This document shows positions 1-8,963 of a stretch of 64,000 nucleotides of DNA, piece after piece. The notes below the pieces were generated by a model that saw only the letters and a program-made list of their open reading frames with translations, did not search any database and was not told the DNA's origin. Every line of letters starts with the position of its first letter. Within the stretch, counting starts at the first letter, position 1. Origin of the DNA: Solirubrobacterales bacterium (GTDB lineage Bacteria > Actinomycetota > Thermoleophilia > Solirubrobacterales > 70-9); the NCBI GenBank assembly GCA_035760445.1, contig DASTSW010000014.1, forward strand, positions 27,794 through 91,793, written 5' to 3'. Position numbers and translations under genes: made by a program.

Positions 1-234
1 GGCTGTTGTGTTTGCGTTTTCGGGGAGTTCGAGGTGCAGGTTGACTGTGGTGCATTCGAGTTTGACGCCAGAGCTCGTAGTCGAGATGGTGTTACTGCTT
101 GTCGCTTCGACTGTTTCAGCCGCTTCACCAGATGAGTTTGTGATCAGCGGGCCTTCTGCCTGAGCCGCGGCCGGGACGGCGAACGCGACGAGCGCGGCCA
201 CCGACAGGGCCATCAGAGTCAGTTTCTTAAACAT
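1..234 (-). CDS. small secreted protein; only the first 78 codons are present because the gene runs off the left window edge
   Basis: ATG at 234-232 (minus strand) is preceded by AAGGAGAA (244-251, minus strand). The translation MFKKLTLMALSVAALVAFAVPAAAQAEGPLITNSS... is a Sec signal peptide with an AxA site, followed by a Thr/Ser-rich mature part containing Cys. It is absent from the ORF track because no stop codon lies in the window. Confidence 0.6.
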   Translation of the reverse strand, partial: MFKKLTLMALSVAALVAFAVPAAAQAEGPLITNSSGEAAETVEATSSNTISTTSSGVKLECTTVNLHLELPENANTTA

Positions 235-300
235 GAGATATTCTTCTCCTTGCGCCCTCCCGGGTGTCTGACAGGACTGGCCGGGTCGGGCTTTGGTTCT

Positions 301-337
301 GGCCTCGACGAGTTTGCTCGCCGGGGCCTTTTTCTTT
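301..337 (+). terminator. intrinsic-terminator-like hairpin plus T-tract, oriented on the + strand
   Basis: GGCCTCGACGAG-TTTG-CTCGCCGGGGCC is a 12-bp stem with 1 mismatch and 1 G-U, followed by TTTTTCTTT. No + strand gene lies upstream in the window. Confidence 0.3.
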
Positions 338-472
338 CCCAGGGATTGGTACTTAGGATTGGCTGAGCGGTCAAGCTCTGTGTTTTTTGGCGAATTGGAC
401 TGTCTGTCAAACGCGCCTAAGTGCCTGGAAATCGGCGTGGGACAGATTTGCGCGGACGTGAGCCCGCGGGGT

Positions 473-1447
473 TCACCAGTCGATGAAGAGAGCGAAGCGC
501 AAGCCGCTGATCAGGTCGGCGGCGAGATCGGGGTCCGCTCCGCCGATCCGCAAGACCTCGAAGCGACCGCCGATCATTGCGTCGAGCCAGGCCTCCGCCG
601 AGCCAACCACCCAGGTGGGCGGGGCGGCCTCGAGGCTGGCGCTCCAGGTGACCGGCCTGCCCTCGAGGACCTCGACCGTGACGCCGGCGAGAGGCGGGTC
701 CTGGTTGGGATCTCCATCGGTCTGCATGCCAACCATGCAGGTGCCCGACGACCCGTCCGGGAGCCGAGCCATCGGCAACCCGAGGAGGAAGCCGGTCTCC
801 ACCTCGACATCTGTGATCGGCGAGCTCGGGGTCATGTGTCGGCGTTCGCAGCGGCTGGCCATCGCCAGCGGCGTGATCGCACGGCGGAGCCAATCCGTGG
901 CCACGTACGGCGTACCCGCCGGCTCCTTGGGAAGAGCTTCGATCTGACCGGTGGTTCGCATCCATCCCAGGCGGCGCTCGAGCGAGGAGTAGCTGAGCTC
1001 GGGGAGCTCGGTGCTCAGTTCGGTGAGGGTCCTGGGGCCCGCGCCAAGCTCTCGCATCAGGCTCGAGTTCCACCCGCCGGCGAGCGCTTTGACCGCCACC
1101 TTCGCGTTATTGGTGTCGAGCTCGATCGGCTTACGCGGACACTCGTATAGCCAGGACTCCAGCGCGTCGGCGACGCTCAGCAGCTCCCTGCCTGCCGGTC
1201 CCAGCGAGGTAGAGACTGCGTTGCCCTGCCCTTCGACTCGCTTTTTGACCAGGCCTCCGCACTCCTCCAGGTTTCTGATCGCGCCCCGCAACGTGGCCTC
1301 CGGCTGCCAGCCGACACGATCCTGCAGATCCGGGAACCGGCACGGGCCCTCCGCATGGGCCCTTAGGACATGCGCATGCAGCGGGCCTTCAAACAATCCA
1401 AGGACCCGCGCTCCCGCTCTGATCGTCTCATTGAGGGTTCCCGTCAC
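473..1447 (-). CDS. winged-helix transcriptional regulator with two HxlR-like wHTH repeats and a C-terminal SCP2-like domain
   Basis: 324-aa ORF with two HxlR-type segments (GPCRFPDLQDRVGW...LRGAIRNLEECGGLV and GPRTLTELSTELPELSYSSLERRLGWMRTTGQIE). The C-terminal AWLDAMIGGRFEVLRIGGADPDLAADLISGL resembles an SCP2 fold. Family assignment is by motif recall only. Confidence 0.6.
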   Translation of the reverse strand: MTGTLNETIRAGARVLGLFEGPLHAHVLRAHAEGPCRFPDLQDRVGWQPEATLRGAIRNLEECGGLVKKRVEGQGNAVSTSLGPAGRELLSVADALESWLYECPRKPIELDTNNAKVAVKALAGGWNSSLMRELGAGPRTLTELSTELPELSYSSLERRLGWMRTTGQIEALPKEPAGTPYVATDWLRRAITPLAMASRCERRHMTPSSPITDVEVETGFLLGLPMARLPDGSSGTCMVGMQTDGDPNQDPPLAGVTVEVLEGRPVTWSASLEAAPPTWVVGSAEAWLDAMIGGRFEVLRIGGADPDLAADLISGLRFALFIDW

Positions 1448-1505
1448 GTACGCACATGATTGTGAATGAATACCGCATCGTTTACATAGAATCGCGCGTG
1501 TTTTC

Positions 1506-3074
1506 TTATTTTTCCCCGATCTGCGGTAGCCGAATGGCTCGATTTGCCGTTGCGACGGCCCCAGTTGGCAGCTCTAGGACGATCCGAACCTTCAACTGCA
1601 GCCAGCGGGCGGAGAGATGGCGGCGGACGAGCGGCGACAGGCTGCAGCGAAACGTCAGCGGCCCCGCTCTGACCGCGGTGCGCGCAGTACTGCAGGCGCC
1701 GGCCTTTCCCCGGGCGGTGGCGATGTGGGCGGCAAGGCGGATGGTGGCCGGCCCCGGGGCATCGATCCGCAGGAGCAGCAGCCCGCGTCCCAACCTGCTG
1801 CGGTCGATGCTGAGCCGGCGGGATAGGCCCGGCGGCTGGCCCCCGGCCAGCGGAGCGGAGGAGGAACTGCCGTTTCCGTCCGAAGGTGGTTCTTCTTCAC
1901 CCAGGAATTTCGCCAGCGCCGGTGGCCGTTTGGCAGCGAACTGCCCCACGCCGTCGACCGCCGCTGCGATTTCAGCAGGGCCGAAGGGCTTGCGCGGTGC
2001 CTCTTCGAGCTGCTGCCAGGGCGCGAGGAGAGCCGCCAGCTGCTGCGCCTCGGTGCCCGGGTCGAGCCCGGTGACAGCATCCCTGGCCCCGCGCAGCGCG
2101 TCTATATATAGAGAGCGGCAGGCCGAATCAGCGAAACAGGATTCGAATAGCGCCGCCCCGGGCGGACCGAAGCCAAGCTGGGGCAGCGCCCAGGTCTGGT
2201 CGGTACTCCAGGGCAGCATCTGGAACTCGCCGAGCGGGTCGCTGTAGAGGTAGTAGTTGTGCGGCTGGGTGCTGTAGCCGTCCCAGTGGCCGACGTAGCG
2301 CTCGACCGCCCACATCCGGGTCATCTCTTCGAGGTCGGCAAGCCCGGCGACCCGGTCGGAGAACCCGGGCGAGGTCGCGGCCACCGCTTCGATCAGCGCT
2401 TCCAGGTCGGAGCGGCTTCCCTCTTCCCCCTCGTCGACCTCGAACTCGCCCGCCTCGCCGGGCAGGACGTCGACTTCGAAGGCGCCCTCATAGAGGTGCT
2501 GCGGCGGTTCCTCGAAGGAGCCGAAGAGACGCTCGAGGAAAACGTCGTCGAGCGTCTCCAGGTTGAGGTGGACGCCGAACTCCTCCCCGTTGACCCGCAC
2601 GTCGGCGTAGCCGGTCCGCGGCGCCGGCACCCCGGCGGCGCGGAAGGCCGCGTAGGCGAGCGCCTCGTGGACCATCGAGGGGTCCTGGACCATGTTGTTC
2701 AGCGTCAGGTTCTTCAGGCCGAGGAATCTCTGGCCTTTGACGAACTCGTTGAACTTGACTTTGAAGGCCGCCTTGCCGCCGAGGTCGCGGAAGGTGCTGT
2801 CGCCCTTGAGCCGGATCCCGGCCGTCAGCGGCGCGGTGAATTCGCCGACCCCTCCCGGGGTGCCGTCGGTCGGCGCCAGCGAGAAGGTCCCTTCGACGTA
2901 CTCCTCCGGTTCGGCTTCCAGCGCCGCGACCGAGGCGGGCGGCAGCTGCAGGTCGATGACGACGACCGCGTCCGCTTCGTACATCTCATCCGCGGTCAGC
3001 GCCGCGGCCGGGCTCGCCAGGACCAGGGCGAGGAGCGCGGCGGGGAGCAGTGCCAGCGCCGCCCGCACGCTCAC
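1506..3074 (-). CDS. secreted CotH-family (atypical kinase) protein
   Basis: The GTG start at 3074 overlaps the stop of the upstream MFS gene (GTGA, 3071-3074). Signal peptide MSVRAALALLPAALLALVLASPAAA. CotH-like motifs are LTLNNMVQDPSMVHEALAY, VRVNGEEFGVHLNLE and HNYYLYSDP. Confidence 0.75.
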   Translation of the reverse strand: MSVRAALALLPAALLALVLASPAAALTADEMYEADAVVVIDLQLPPASVAALEAEPEEYVEGTFSLAPTDGTPGGVGEFTAPLTAGIRLKGDSTFRDLGGKAAFKVKFNEFVKGQRFLGLKNLTLNNMVQDPSMVHEALAYAAFRAAGVPAPRTGYADVRVNGEEFGVHLNLETLDDVFLERLFGSFEEPPQHLYEGAFEVDVLPGEAGEFEVDEGEEGSRSDLEALIEAVAATSPGFSDRVAGLADLEEMTRMWAVERYVGHWDGYSTQPHNYYLYSDPLGEFQMLPWSTDQTWALPQLGFGPPGAALFESCFADSACRSLYIDALRGARDAVTGLDPGTEAQQLAALLAPWQQLEEAPRKPFGPAEIAAAVDGVGQFAAKRPPALAKFLGEEEPPSDGNGSSSSAPLAGGQPPGLSRRLSIDRSRLGRGLLLLRIDAPGPATIRLAAHIATARGKAGACSTARTAVRAGPLTFRCSLSPLVRRHLSARWLQLKVRIVLELPTGAVATANRAIRLPQIGEK

Positions 3075-4741
3075 TCCGCCGGCGGCGTCGACATTTCGCG
3101 GCTGGCCCAGCGGTCGTCGACGACGTCGCCGGCGAGCTGGTGGCTGCGCCGGTGGCCGGTCACCGCGGTGAGGAACTGCTCGCGCTCCAGCGCCAGCAGC
3201 CGCGTCGGCTCGACGGTGCGGACGGTCGCGGTGCGCGGCACGTCGTGCAGCAGGGCGATCTCGCCGAACGATTCCCCCGGCCCCTCGTGCCGACGGAACT
3301 CGCCGTTTTCGAAGACCTCGACTTTGCCAGTCTCGATGACGAAGAAGCGGTCACCGTGCTCGCCCTGGACGATCACCTCTTCGCCGGCGCCGAACTCGAC
3401 CGGCTCGAGGTCGTGGCTGAGGCGCTCGACGGTGGCGATCGGCAGCGGCGCGAAGATCGAGTTCTCGCGCAGCAGGTGGTACGGGCCCTCGGCGACCGGA
3501 GCGCCGACCTCGAAGGCGCGCAGCCGCGCCCAGCAGACGACGACGAAGACCGGCATCAGCGCGCCGAGGACGATCAGGGCGCCGTCGGGGTGCAGCCATT
3601 CGACCAGCAGGATCGCCCCCAGCGAGCCGAGCGCCATCGCCAGCAGGCGGCCGGCTTCCAGGGCGCTGATCACTCGCCCCATCGTCTCGTCGGAGGCGAG
3701 CCGGTACATCAGCGTCTTGCCCGCCACCTCGACGAAGGTGAAGCCGATCCCGATCCCGAACCAGGCCAGGTACGAGGTCGCCTCCTCGGGGAAGACGCCG
3801 GGCAGGACCGTCGCCAGGCCGAGCAGCAGGCTGCCGCCGGCGATCGCCGCGACCAGGCGGCCGCGATTCAGCATCAGCGCCAGCGCCGCGCCGCCGACCA
3901 GGGCGCCGATCCCCCAGGCGGCGTTGAGGAAGCCGACCGCGCCCTCCTCCAGGTGCAACAGCTCCAGCGCCAGCGCGATCAGGATCACGTCGGCGAAGCC
4001 CTCGTAGAGGAGCAGCAGGACCAGGGTCAGCGAGGAGAGCCGCAGCGCCGGGTGGAAGACCAGCGCCCGCGCCCCGAGACTGAGCTCACGGGCGACGCTT
4101 GAGAGCTCCTCGTCTTCGTACTGCGGGCGGCGGTCACGGCGGACGAAGGCGATCAGGACGACCGCGAGCACGGTGGACACGGCGGCAACCGCGAACACGG
4201 TCCCCGGCGAGGTCGCGGTCAGCAGCACGCCGGTGGAGATCGCGGCGACGATGAAGCCGGCGTTTTCCATCGCCGCGTGGTTGACGTTGCTGGCCGAGAG
4301 CTCCTGCGGGGTCCGGGCCAGCAGCGGGAACATCGCCGCCTCGGCCGGGGCGTAGCCGCTGGCGGCAATCGCGAACAGCGCCGGGAAGATGAAGACCACG
4401 CCGGTCGGGGCACCGGCACCGGCGGCGATCGCCGCCCCGGCGAGGATCGCCGCCATCGCCGCGGCGCTGACCAGCAGCACCTGGCGGCGCGAGTAACGGT
4501 CGGCGAGCAGGCCGGAGAAGGGCGAGGCGATTGCCCCGGGCAGCAGCCGCACCAGGGCGACGATGCCGGCGCCGGCGATCCCGTGCGCCTCGAACCCGTA
4601 GACGCCGAGGGCGATGGTGAAGCTCCAACTGGCGAACGAGAGGGCGATGCGGGCGCTGCCGAGCAGTCCCAGGTCGCGATTCTCGAAGTCGATGATCAGC
4701 GCCCGGACGACGATCTGCAGCTGGCCCAGAGCTCTACTCAT
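3071..4741 (-). CDS. MFS transporter fused to a C-terminal cyclic-nucleotide-binding (CNB) domain
   Basis: The N-terminal ~400 aa are multi-TM and hydrophobic, MFS-like. The C-terminal ~130 aa carry the CNB signature (GEEVIVQGEHGDRFFVIETGKVEV...GESFGEIALLHDVPRTATVRTVEPTRLLALERE). I chose the ATG at 4741 (MSRALGQLQ...) because the track start at 4861 would overlap the divergent gene starting at 4836. Confidence 0.8.
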   Translation of the reverse strand: MSRALGQLQIVVRALIIDFENRDLGLLGSARIALSFASWSFTIALGVYGFEAHGIAGAGIVALVRLLPGAIASPFSGLLADRYSRRQVLLVSAAAMAAILAGAAIAAGAGAPTGVVFIFPALFAIAASGYAPAEAAMFPLLARTPQELSASNVNHAAMENAGFIVAAISTGVLLTATSPGTVFAVAAVSTVLAVVLIAFVRRDRRPQYEDEELSSVARELSLGARALVFHPALRLSSLTLVLLLLYEGFADVILIALALELLHLEEGAVGFLNAAWGIGALVGGAALALMLNRGRLVAAIAGGSLLLGLATVLPGVFPEEATSYLAWFGIGIGFTFVEVAGKTLMYRLASDETMGRVISALEAGRLLAMALGSLGAILLVEWLHPDGALIVLGALMPVFVVVCWARLRAFEVGAPVAEGPYHLLRENSIFAPLPIATVERLSHDLEPVEFGAGEEVIVQGEHGDRFFVIETGKVEVFENGEFRRHEGPGESFGEIALLHDVPRTATVRTVEPTRLLALEREQFLTAVTGHRRSHQLAGDVVDDRWASREMSTPPAE

Positions 4742-4835
4742 CGTCCGCCGCAAGATAGTGCCTCTTGTGGAGACGCGCGGTTTGTGAATAAGGTTCCCGA
4801 TCCTTTCGATCCGGACCCGACTCGCTCTCTTCCTC

Positions 4836-6632
4836 ATGACGCTCGTCGCGGTCCTCGCCACGCCCGCGGTCGCGGCGGCGGCAACCTACGTCGTCAACGA
4901 GACCGGCAACGTCGTCCCCGACGTCGGCTGCGAGAGCGAATTCGGCGAATGCGACCTCTGGGATGCGATCAACCAGTCGAACGCCAGCACCGGCGTCAAA
5001 GACACGATCCAATTCGAAGTCGAAGAAGTGGCGGTCGACACGGCGCTGCCCCAGGTCACCGATCCGGTGACGATCGACGGCACCGACACCAACGGCGACC
5101 CCGGGGTGGAAATCCACGACACCGGCGGCTCCACCGGGCTCGAACTGCTGACCGAGAACTCGGTGGTCGAAGGGGTGGCGCTCGGCGGCTTCTTCGACGG
5201 CATCGACTTCAAAGGCAGCGGCAACCGGATCTGCAACAGCTTCGTCGGTACCGACCTCTCCGGCACGGTCGCGGAACCCAACGGCGTCGGTATCTGGATC
5301 GCACCCGAGAGCGTGGGATCGGAGATCGGCGGCGAAAACTGCGCCAGCGGCGGCAACGTGATCAGCGGCAACGAAATGATGGGTGTCTGGGACGACGCCG
5401 AAGGGACGACGGTCGCCGGCAACCTGATCGGGGTCGGGGTCGGCAACACCGAAGTGCCCAACGGCACCACCCCCAACCCGAGCCTCCCGGCCGGCGGCGT
5501 CTACGCGACCGGGACCGACACCACGGTCGGCAAGGTCAGCGGCGGCGAAGGCAACGTGATCGCCTACAACAAACTCTCGAGCATCTTCGCCGGTGGCGGC
5601 GGAGTGATCTCGGAATCGTTCTCGGTGACGATCCGCGGCAACTCGATCTACGAAAACGAGGGGCCGGGAATCTTCTTCCGGCTGATCGGCGCCCCACCGT
5701 CGCCGACGCTCGAATCGGCCTCCTCGACCGAGGGCGGCGCGACGGTGGTCGACGGCACGGTCGCCAACGAGGGCACCGCGACCTTCACCGTCGACCTCTA
5801 CGCGAACGAAGCCTGCGACGAACCGGAACCGGGGATCTTCGCCGGCGAGGGCGAAAGCTACCTCGGCTCCGCCACCGCGACGACCACCCCGACCGGCGGC
5901 GGCGAGTTCACCGCCAACCTGCCGGTCCAGCCCGAGGGCACGATCATCACCGCGACCGCGACCCGTCAATCAGACGGCGCCACCGGCGAATTCTCCGAAT
6001 GCCTGAAAGCGCCGGCGGTGACGCCGAAACCGCCCGACCCGGGTCCTAAACAGAATCCCGGCCAGCCGCCGATCGCCTTCCTCGCTCCGCCCCCCACCCC
6101 CGAAAACGGCGAGAAAGTCGTCGTCGCGCCGAAAGCGGGAACCGTCTTCGTCACCACCCCGGGCGGCAAAAAAGTGAAACTGGAAGCGGGCCAGACGATC
6201 CCGGTCGGCTCGATCGTCGACGCGACCCGCGGCAAGGTCGTCCTCACCTCGGTCAACCGCAAAGGCGAGACCCAGACCGCGGTCTTCTTCGGCGGCGTCT
6301 TCCTAGTCCAGCAGCAGGAGGGCAGCGGCCTGGTCGTGCTGAAACTGCGCGGGGCCCTGAACTGCGGCAAAGCGGCGGGCAGCGGCCGGGTCGCCGGCCG
6401 CCTCGAGCGCGGCGGCAAGAAGAGCCGCAAGCTCTGGGGTAGCGGCAAGGGCAACTTCCGCACCGAAGGCAACAACGGCTCGGCGACCGTCCGCGGCACG
6501 ATCTGGCTGACCGAAGACCGCTGCAACGGCACCTACTTCAAGGTCAACCGGGGCGTGGTCACGATCCGCGACTTCGGCACCAACGAAACCTTCCCGCTGG
6601 GCAAAGGCAAGAGCTACCTGGCCGCGCCGTGA
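4836..6632 (+). CDS. secreted right-handed beta-helix protein with a CSLREA-like N-terminal Cys motif and a C-terminal FecR-like beta-sandwich
   Basis: Short signal peptide MTLVAVLATPAVAAAATY. Motif CESEFGECDLWDAINQSNASTGVKDTIQF. Repeated NxIG/GN.I beta-helix turns are present, along with an ...ITATATRQSDGATGEFSEC end motif. The C-terminal part (GQTIPVGSIVDATRGKVVLTSV...ATVRGTIWLTEDRCNGTYFKV) looks FecR-like (tentative). An in-frame TGA at 4785 rules out an upstream start. Confidence 0.75.
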   Translation: MTLVAVLATPAVAAAATYVVNETGNVVPDVGCESEFGECDLWDAINQSNASTGVKDTIQFEVEEVAVDTALPQVTDPVTIDGTDTNGDPGVEIHDTGGSTGLELLTENSVVEGVALGGFFDGIDFKGSGNRICNSFVGTDLSGTVAEPNGVGIWIAPESVGSEIGGENCASGGNVISGNEMMGVWDDAEGTTVAGNLIGVGVGNTEVPNGTTPNPSLPAGGVYATGTDTTVGKVSGGEGNVIAYNKLSSIFAGGGGVISESFSVTIRGNSIYENEGPGIFFRLIGAPPSPTLESASSTEGGATVVDGTVANEGTATFTVDLYANEACDEPEPGIFAGEGESYLGSATATTTPTGGGEFTANLPVQPEGTIITATATRQSDGATGEFSECLKAPAVTPKPPDPGPKQNPGQPPIAFLAPPPTPENGEKVVVAPKAGTVFVTTPGGKKVKLEAGQTIPVGSIVDATRGKVVLTSVNRKGETQTAVFFGGVFLVQQQEGSGLVVLKLRGALNCGKAAGSGRVAGRLERGGKKSRKLWGSGKGNFRTEGNNGSATVRGTIWLTEDRCNGTYFKVNRGVVTIRDFGTNETFPLGKGKSYLAAP

Positions 6633-8467
6633 GCGCCGCCGGCTCCCCCCGCCGCCGCCGCGAACTGGCGATGCTGGCGGTGATCGCCGTCGCCGCGGCG
6701 CTGGCGGTCGTCGCCTACTCGACCGACCTGATGCGGGCGCTGGAGCTGCAGAGCGTCGACGCCCGCTTCAGCGTCCGCGGCACCCAGGAGCGACCCGACG
6801 ACATCGTCGTCGTCGGCGTCGACGACGTCACCTTCAGCGACCTGAACCAGCAGTGGCCCTTCCCGCGCCGGCTGCACGCCAAGGTGATCGACCGCCTGCG
6901 CGAGGCCGGCGCCAAGGCGATCGGGATCGACATCCAGTTCACCGAGCCGAGCAAGCCGCGCGACGACAACGCCCTGATCGAAGCGGTCGGCCGCTCGCCC
7001 GGCCTGGTCCTCTCGACCACCGAAGTCAACGCCAAGGGCGAATCGCGGATCTTCGGCGACGAAAGCGTGGTTCGCGAACTCCGCGCCACCGCCGGCAACA
7101 CGGTCGTCCGCGCCGACCCCGGCGGCACGATCCGCAAGATGCACTACGAGGAGAGTGGCCTGGTCACCTTCCCAGTCGCGATCGCCGAAGCCCAGTCCGG
7201 CGAAGCGATCGACCCCGATGAGATGGAAGGGGACGGCGAAGCCTGGATCGACTACCGCGGCCCGCCCGGGACCTTCCTCGAGGTTCCCTACTCGCGCGTC
7301 CTCCGCGGCCAGGTGCCGGACTCGGTCTTCCGCGGCAAGACGGTGATCGTCGGCGCCACCGCCCCCTCGCTGCAGGACGTCCACCCGACCTCGACCAGCG
7401 GCGACGAGCTGATGTCCGGTCCCGAAATCCAGGCCAGCGCCGCCTGGACCGCCGAGCACGGCTTCCCGCTCAGCTCCTCGGGGATCGCCCTCGACCTGCT
7501 GTTGATCCTGCTGCTCGCCGCGGTCCCGGCGGCGGTGACCCTGCGGCTGAAGCCGCTGACCGCGCTGCTGGTGGCGCTCGGCCTGGCGTTCGCCTACGCC
7601 GGCCTGACCCAGCTCTGCTTCGGCCTCGGCACCGTACTGCCGGTCGTCTACCCGCTGCTGGCCCTGGTCCTCTCCGCCCTCGGCGCGATCGCGGTCAACT
7701 ACGTGCTGACCGCCTTCGAGCGCCAGCGGGTGCGCGACACCTTCGCCCGCTTCGTCCCCGAGGCGGTCGTCGCCCAGGTGCTGGAGCGCAGCGACGGCGA
7801 CCTGCGCTTCGGCGGCGTGCGGCGCGAGTGCACCGTCCTCTTCAGCGACCTGCGCGGCTTCACCAGCTTCAGCGAGAGCCGGGAGCCGGACACGGTGATC
7901 GACGTCCTCAACCACTACCTGGAGGAGATGAGCGACGCGATCATGGACCACGGCGGCACCCTCGTCGCCTACATGGGCGACGGGATCATGGCCGTCTTCG
8001 GCGCCCCCCTGGAGCAGCCCAACCACGCCGACCGGGCGGTCGCGGCGGCCTGCGAGATGCTGCAGCTGCGCCTCTCGCGGTTCAACGAGTGGATGCAGCG
8101 CGAGGGGCACGGCGAGGGCTTCGCGATGGGGATCGGCCTCAACAGCGGCACGGTGATGTCAGGCCAGGTCGGCTCCCAGCGGCGGATCGAGTACACGGCG
8201 ATCGGCGACACGACGAATACCGCGGCGCGCCTGGAGGGGATGACCAAAGGCTCGGGTCACCAGCTGTTCATCGCCGACTCGACCAAGCAGGCGCTGCGGG
8301 AAGAGCGCGAGGACCTGGAGCTGATCGGCGAGCGAGAGGTCCGCGGCCGCACCCACAAGATCACCGTCTGGACCCTGGGCGGGGAACTGAACCCGCTAGC
8401 CGGCGACGTACAGAGCCACGCCGAAGAGGAAAACGAGATGAAAGGCCTGGTCGACCGCGACCCGTAG
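6629..8467 (+). CDS. CHASE2 sensor domain-containing class III adenylate/guanylate cyclase
   Basis: The GTG start overlaps the upstream stop (GTGA, 6629-6632). CHASE2-like N-terminus (SVDARFSVRG, VVVGVDDVTFSDL, WPFPRRLHAKVIDRLREAGAKAIGIDIQF), then TM helices, then the cyclase core (FSDLRGFTSFSE, GDGIMAVFGAP, IGLNSGTVMSGQVGS, YTAIGDTTNTAARLEG). Confidence 0.85.
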   Translation: MSAAGSPRRRRELAMLAVIAVAAALAVVAYSTDLMRALELQSVDARFSVRGTQERPDDIVVVGVDDVTFSDLNQQWPFPRRLHAKVIDRLREAGAKAIGIDIQFTEPSKPRDDNALIEAVGRSPGLVLSTTEVNAKGESRIFGDESVVRELRATAGNTVVRADPGGTIRKMHYEESGLVTFPVAIAEAQSGEAIDPDEMEGDGEAWIDYRGPPGTFLEVPYSRVLRGQVPDSVFRGKTVIVGATAPSLQDVHPTSTSGDELMSGPEIQASAAWTAEHGFPLSSSGIALDLLLILLLAAVPAAVTLRLKPLTALLVALGLAFAYAGLTQLCFGLGTVLPVVYPLLALVLSALGAIAVNYVLTAFERQRVRDTFARFVPEAVVAQVLERSDGDLRFGGVRRECTVLFSDLRGFTSFSESREPDTVIDVLNHYLEEMSDAIMDHGGTLVAYMGDGIMAVFGAPLEQPNHADRAVAAACEMLQLRLSRFNEWMQREGHGEGFAMGIGLNSGTVMSGQVGSQRRIEYTAIGDTTNTAARLEGMTKGSGHQLFIADSTKQALREEREDLELIGEREVRGRTHKITVWTLGGELNPLAGDVQSHAEEENEMKGLVDRDP

Positions 8468-8791
8468 GCCCGGGTTGCCCCCCTGCGGCAGTCCCTTGAT
8501 CCGGCGCATGTAAGCGTCGAGCGCGCGGCCGTCGTCCTGGGTCAGATGCTCGATGTAGATCAGGAGGGCGGCGATGACCGCCCGGCTCCACCCTGCCTCG
8601 ATCCCGATCCAGACGAAGGCCGGGACGAAGCAGAGGGTGTAGACGATGACGTGGGACCACAGCGCCCGCCGTCGCTCGGGATCGCTCCCCAGCCCGCCGT
8701 ACTTATTCCGCGCCTGCCAGTCGGTTTGCAGGATGAAGTCGCCGACCAGGTGGCAGACGACGAACACCGCGAAGACTTCGACCCAGATCAA
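8396..8791 (-). CDS. DUF3307-like membrane protein
   Basis: 131-aa hydrophobic ORF with the HLVGDFILQTDWQA motif typical of DUF3307. TTG start at 8791. Its 3' end overlaps the convergent cyclase gene by 72 nt. Confidence 0.65.
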   Translation of the reverse strand: MIWVEVFAVFVVCHLVGDFILQTDWQARNKYGGLGSDPERRRALWSHVIVYTLCFVPAFVWIGIEAGWSRAVIAALLIYIEHLTQDDGRALDAYMRRIKGLPQGGNPGLRVAVDQAFHLVFLFGVALYVAG

Positions 8792-8860
8792 GCTCGGCTC
8801 CCGGACAAGAGGGGCGGGATCCTAGCTGGGGCGCCAGATTCTCCGGTCCACGCTCTATTC

Positions 8861-8890
8861 TTGAGTTAGTTGATCAGCTTTATGTATTAT
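8861..8890 (+). promoter_or_regulatory. sigma70-like promoter candidate for the PAP2-like gene
   Basis: TTGAGT-N18-TATTAT lies in the AT-richer divergent intergenic region, ~70 nt upstream of the ATG at 8964. Confidence 0.35.
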
Positions 8891-8963
8891 GCCGACCGCC
8901 TCGTCTCGGCCGGCAACGGGATCAGGCCTCCCAGTTCCCCAAGCATCAAGGAGGCACGATCAG

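Noticed and set aside
4783-4798. TGTGA-N6-TTCCC in the divergent promoter region of the cAMP module, considered as a CRP/GlxR site.
   Set aside because: Only one half-site matches TGTGA-N6-TCACA. A single pentamer is expected by chance, and no CRP gene is present in the window.
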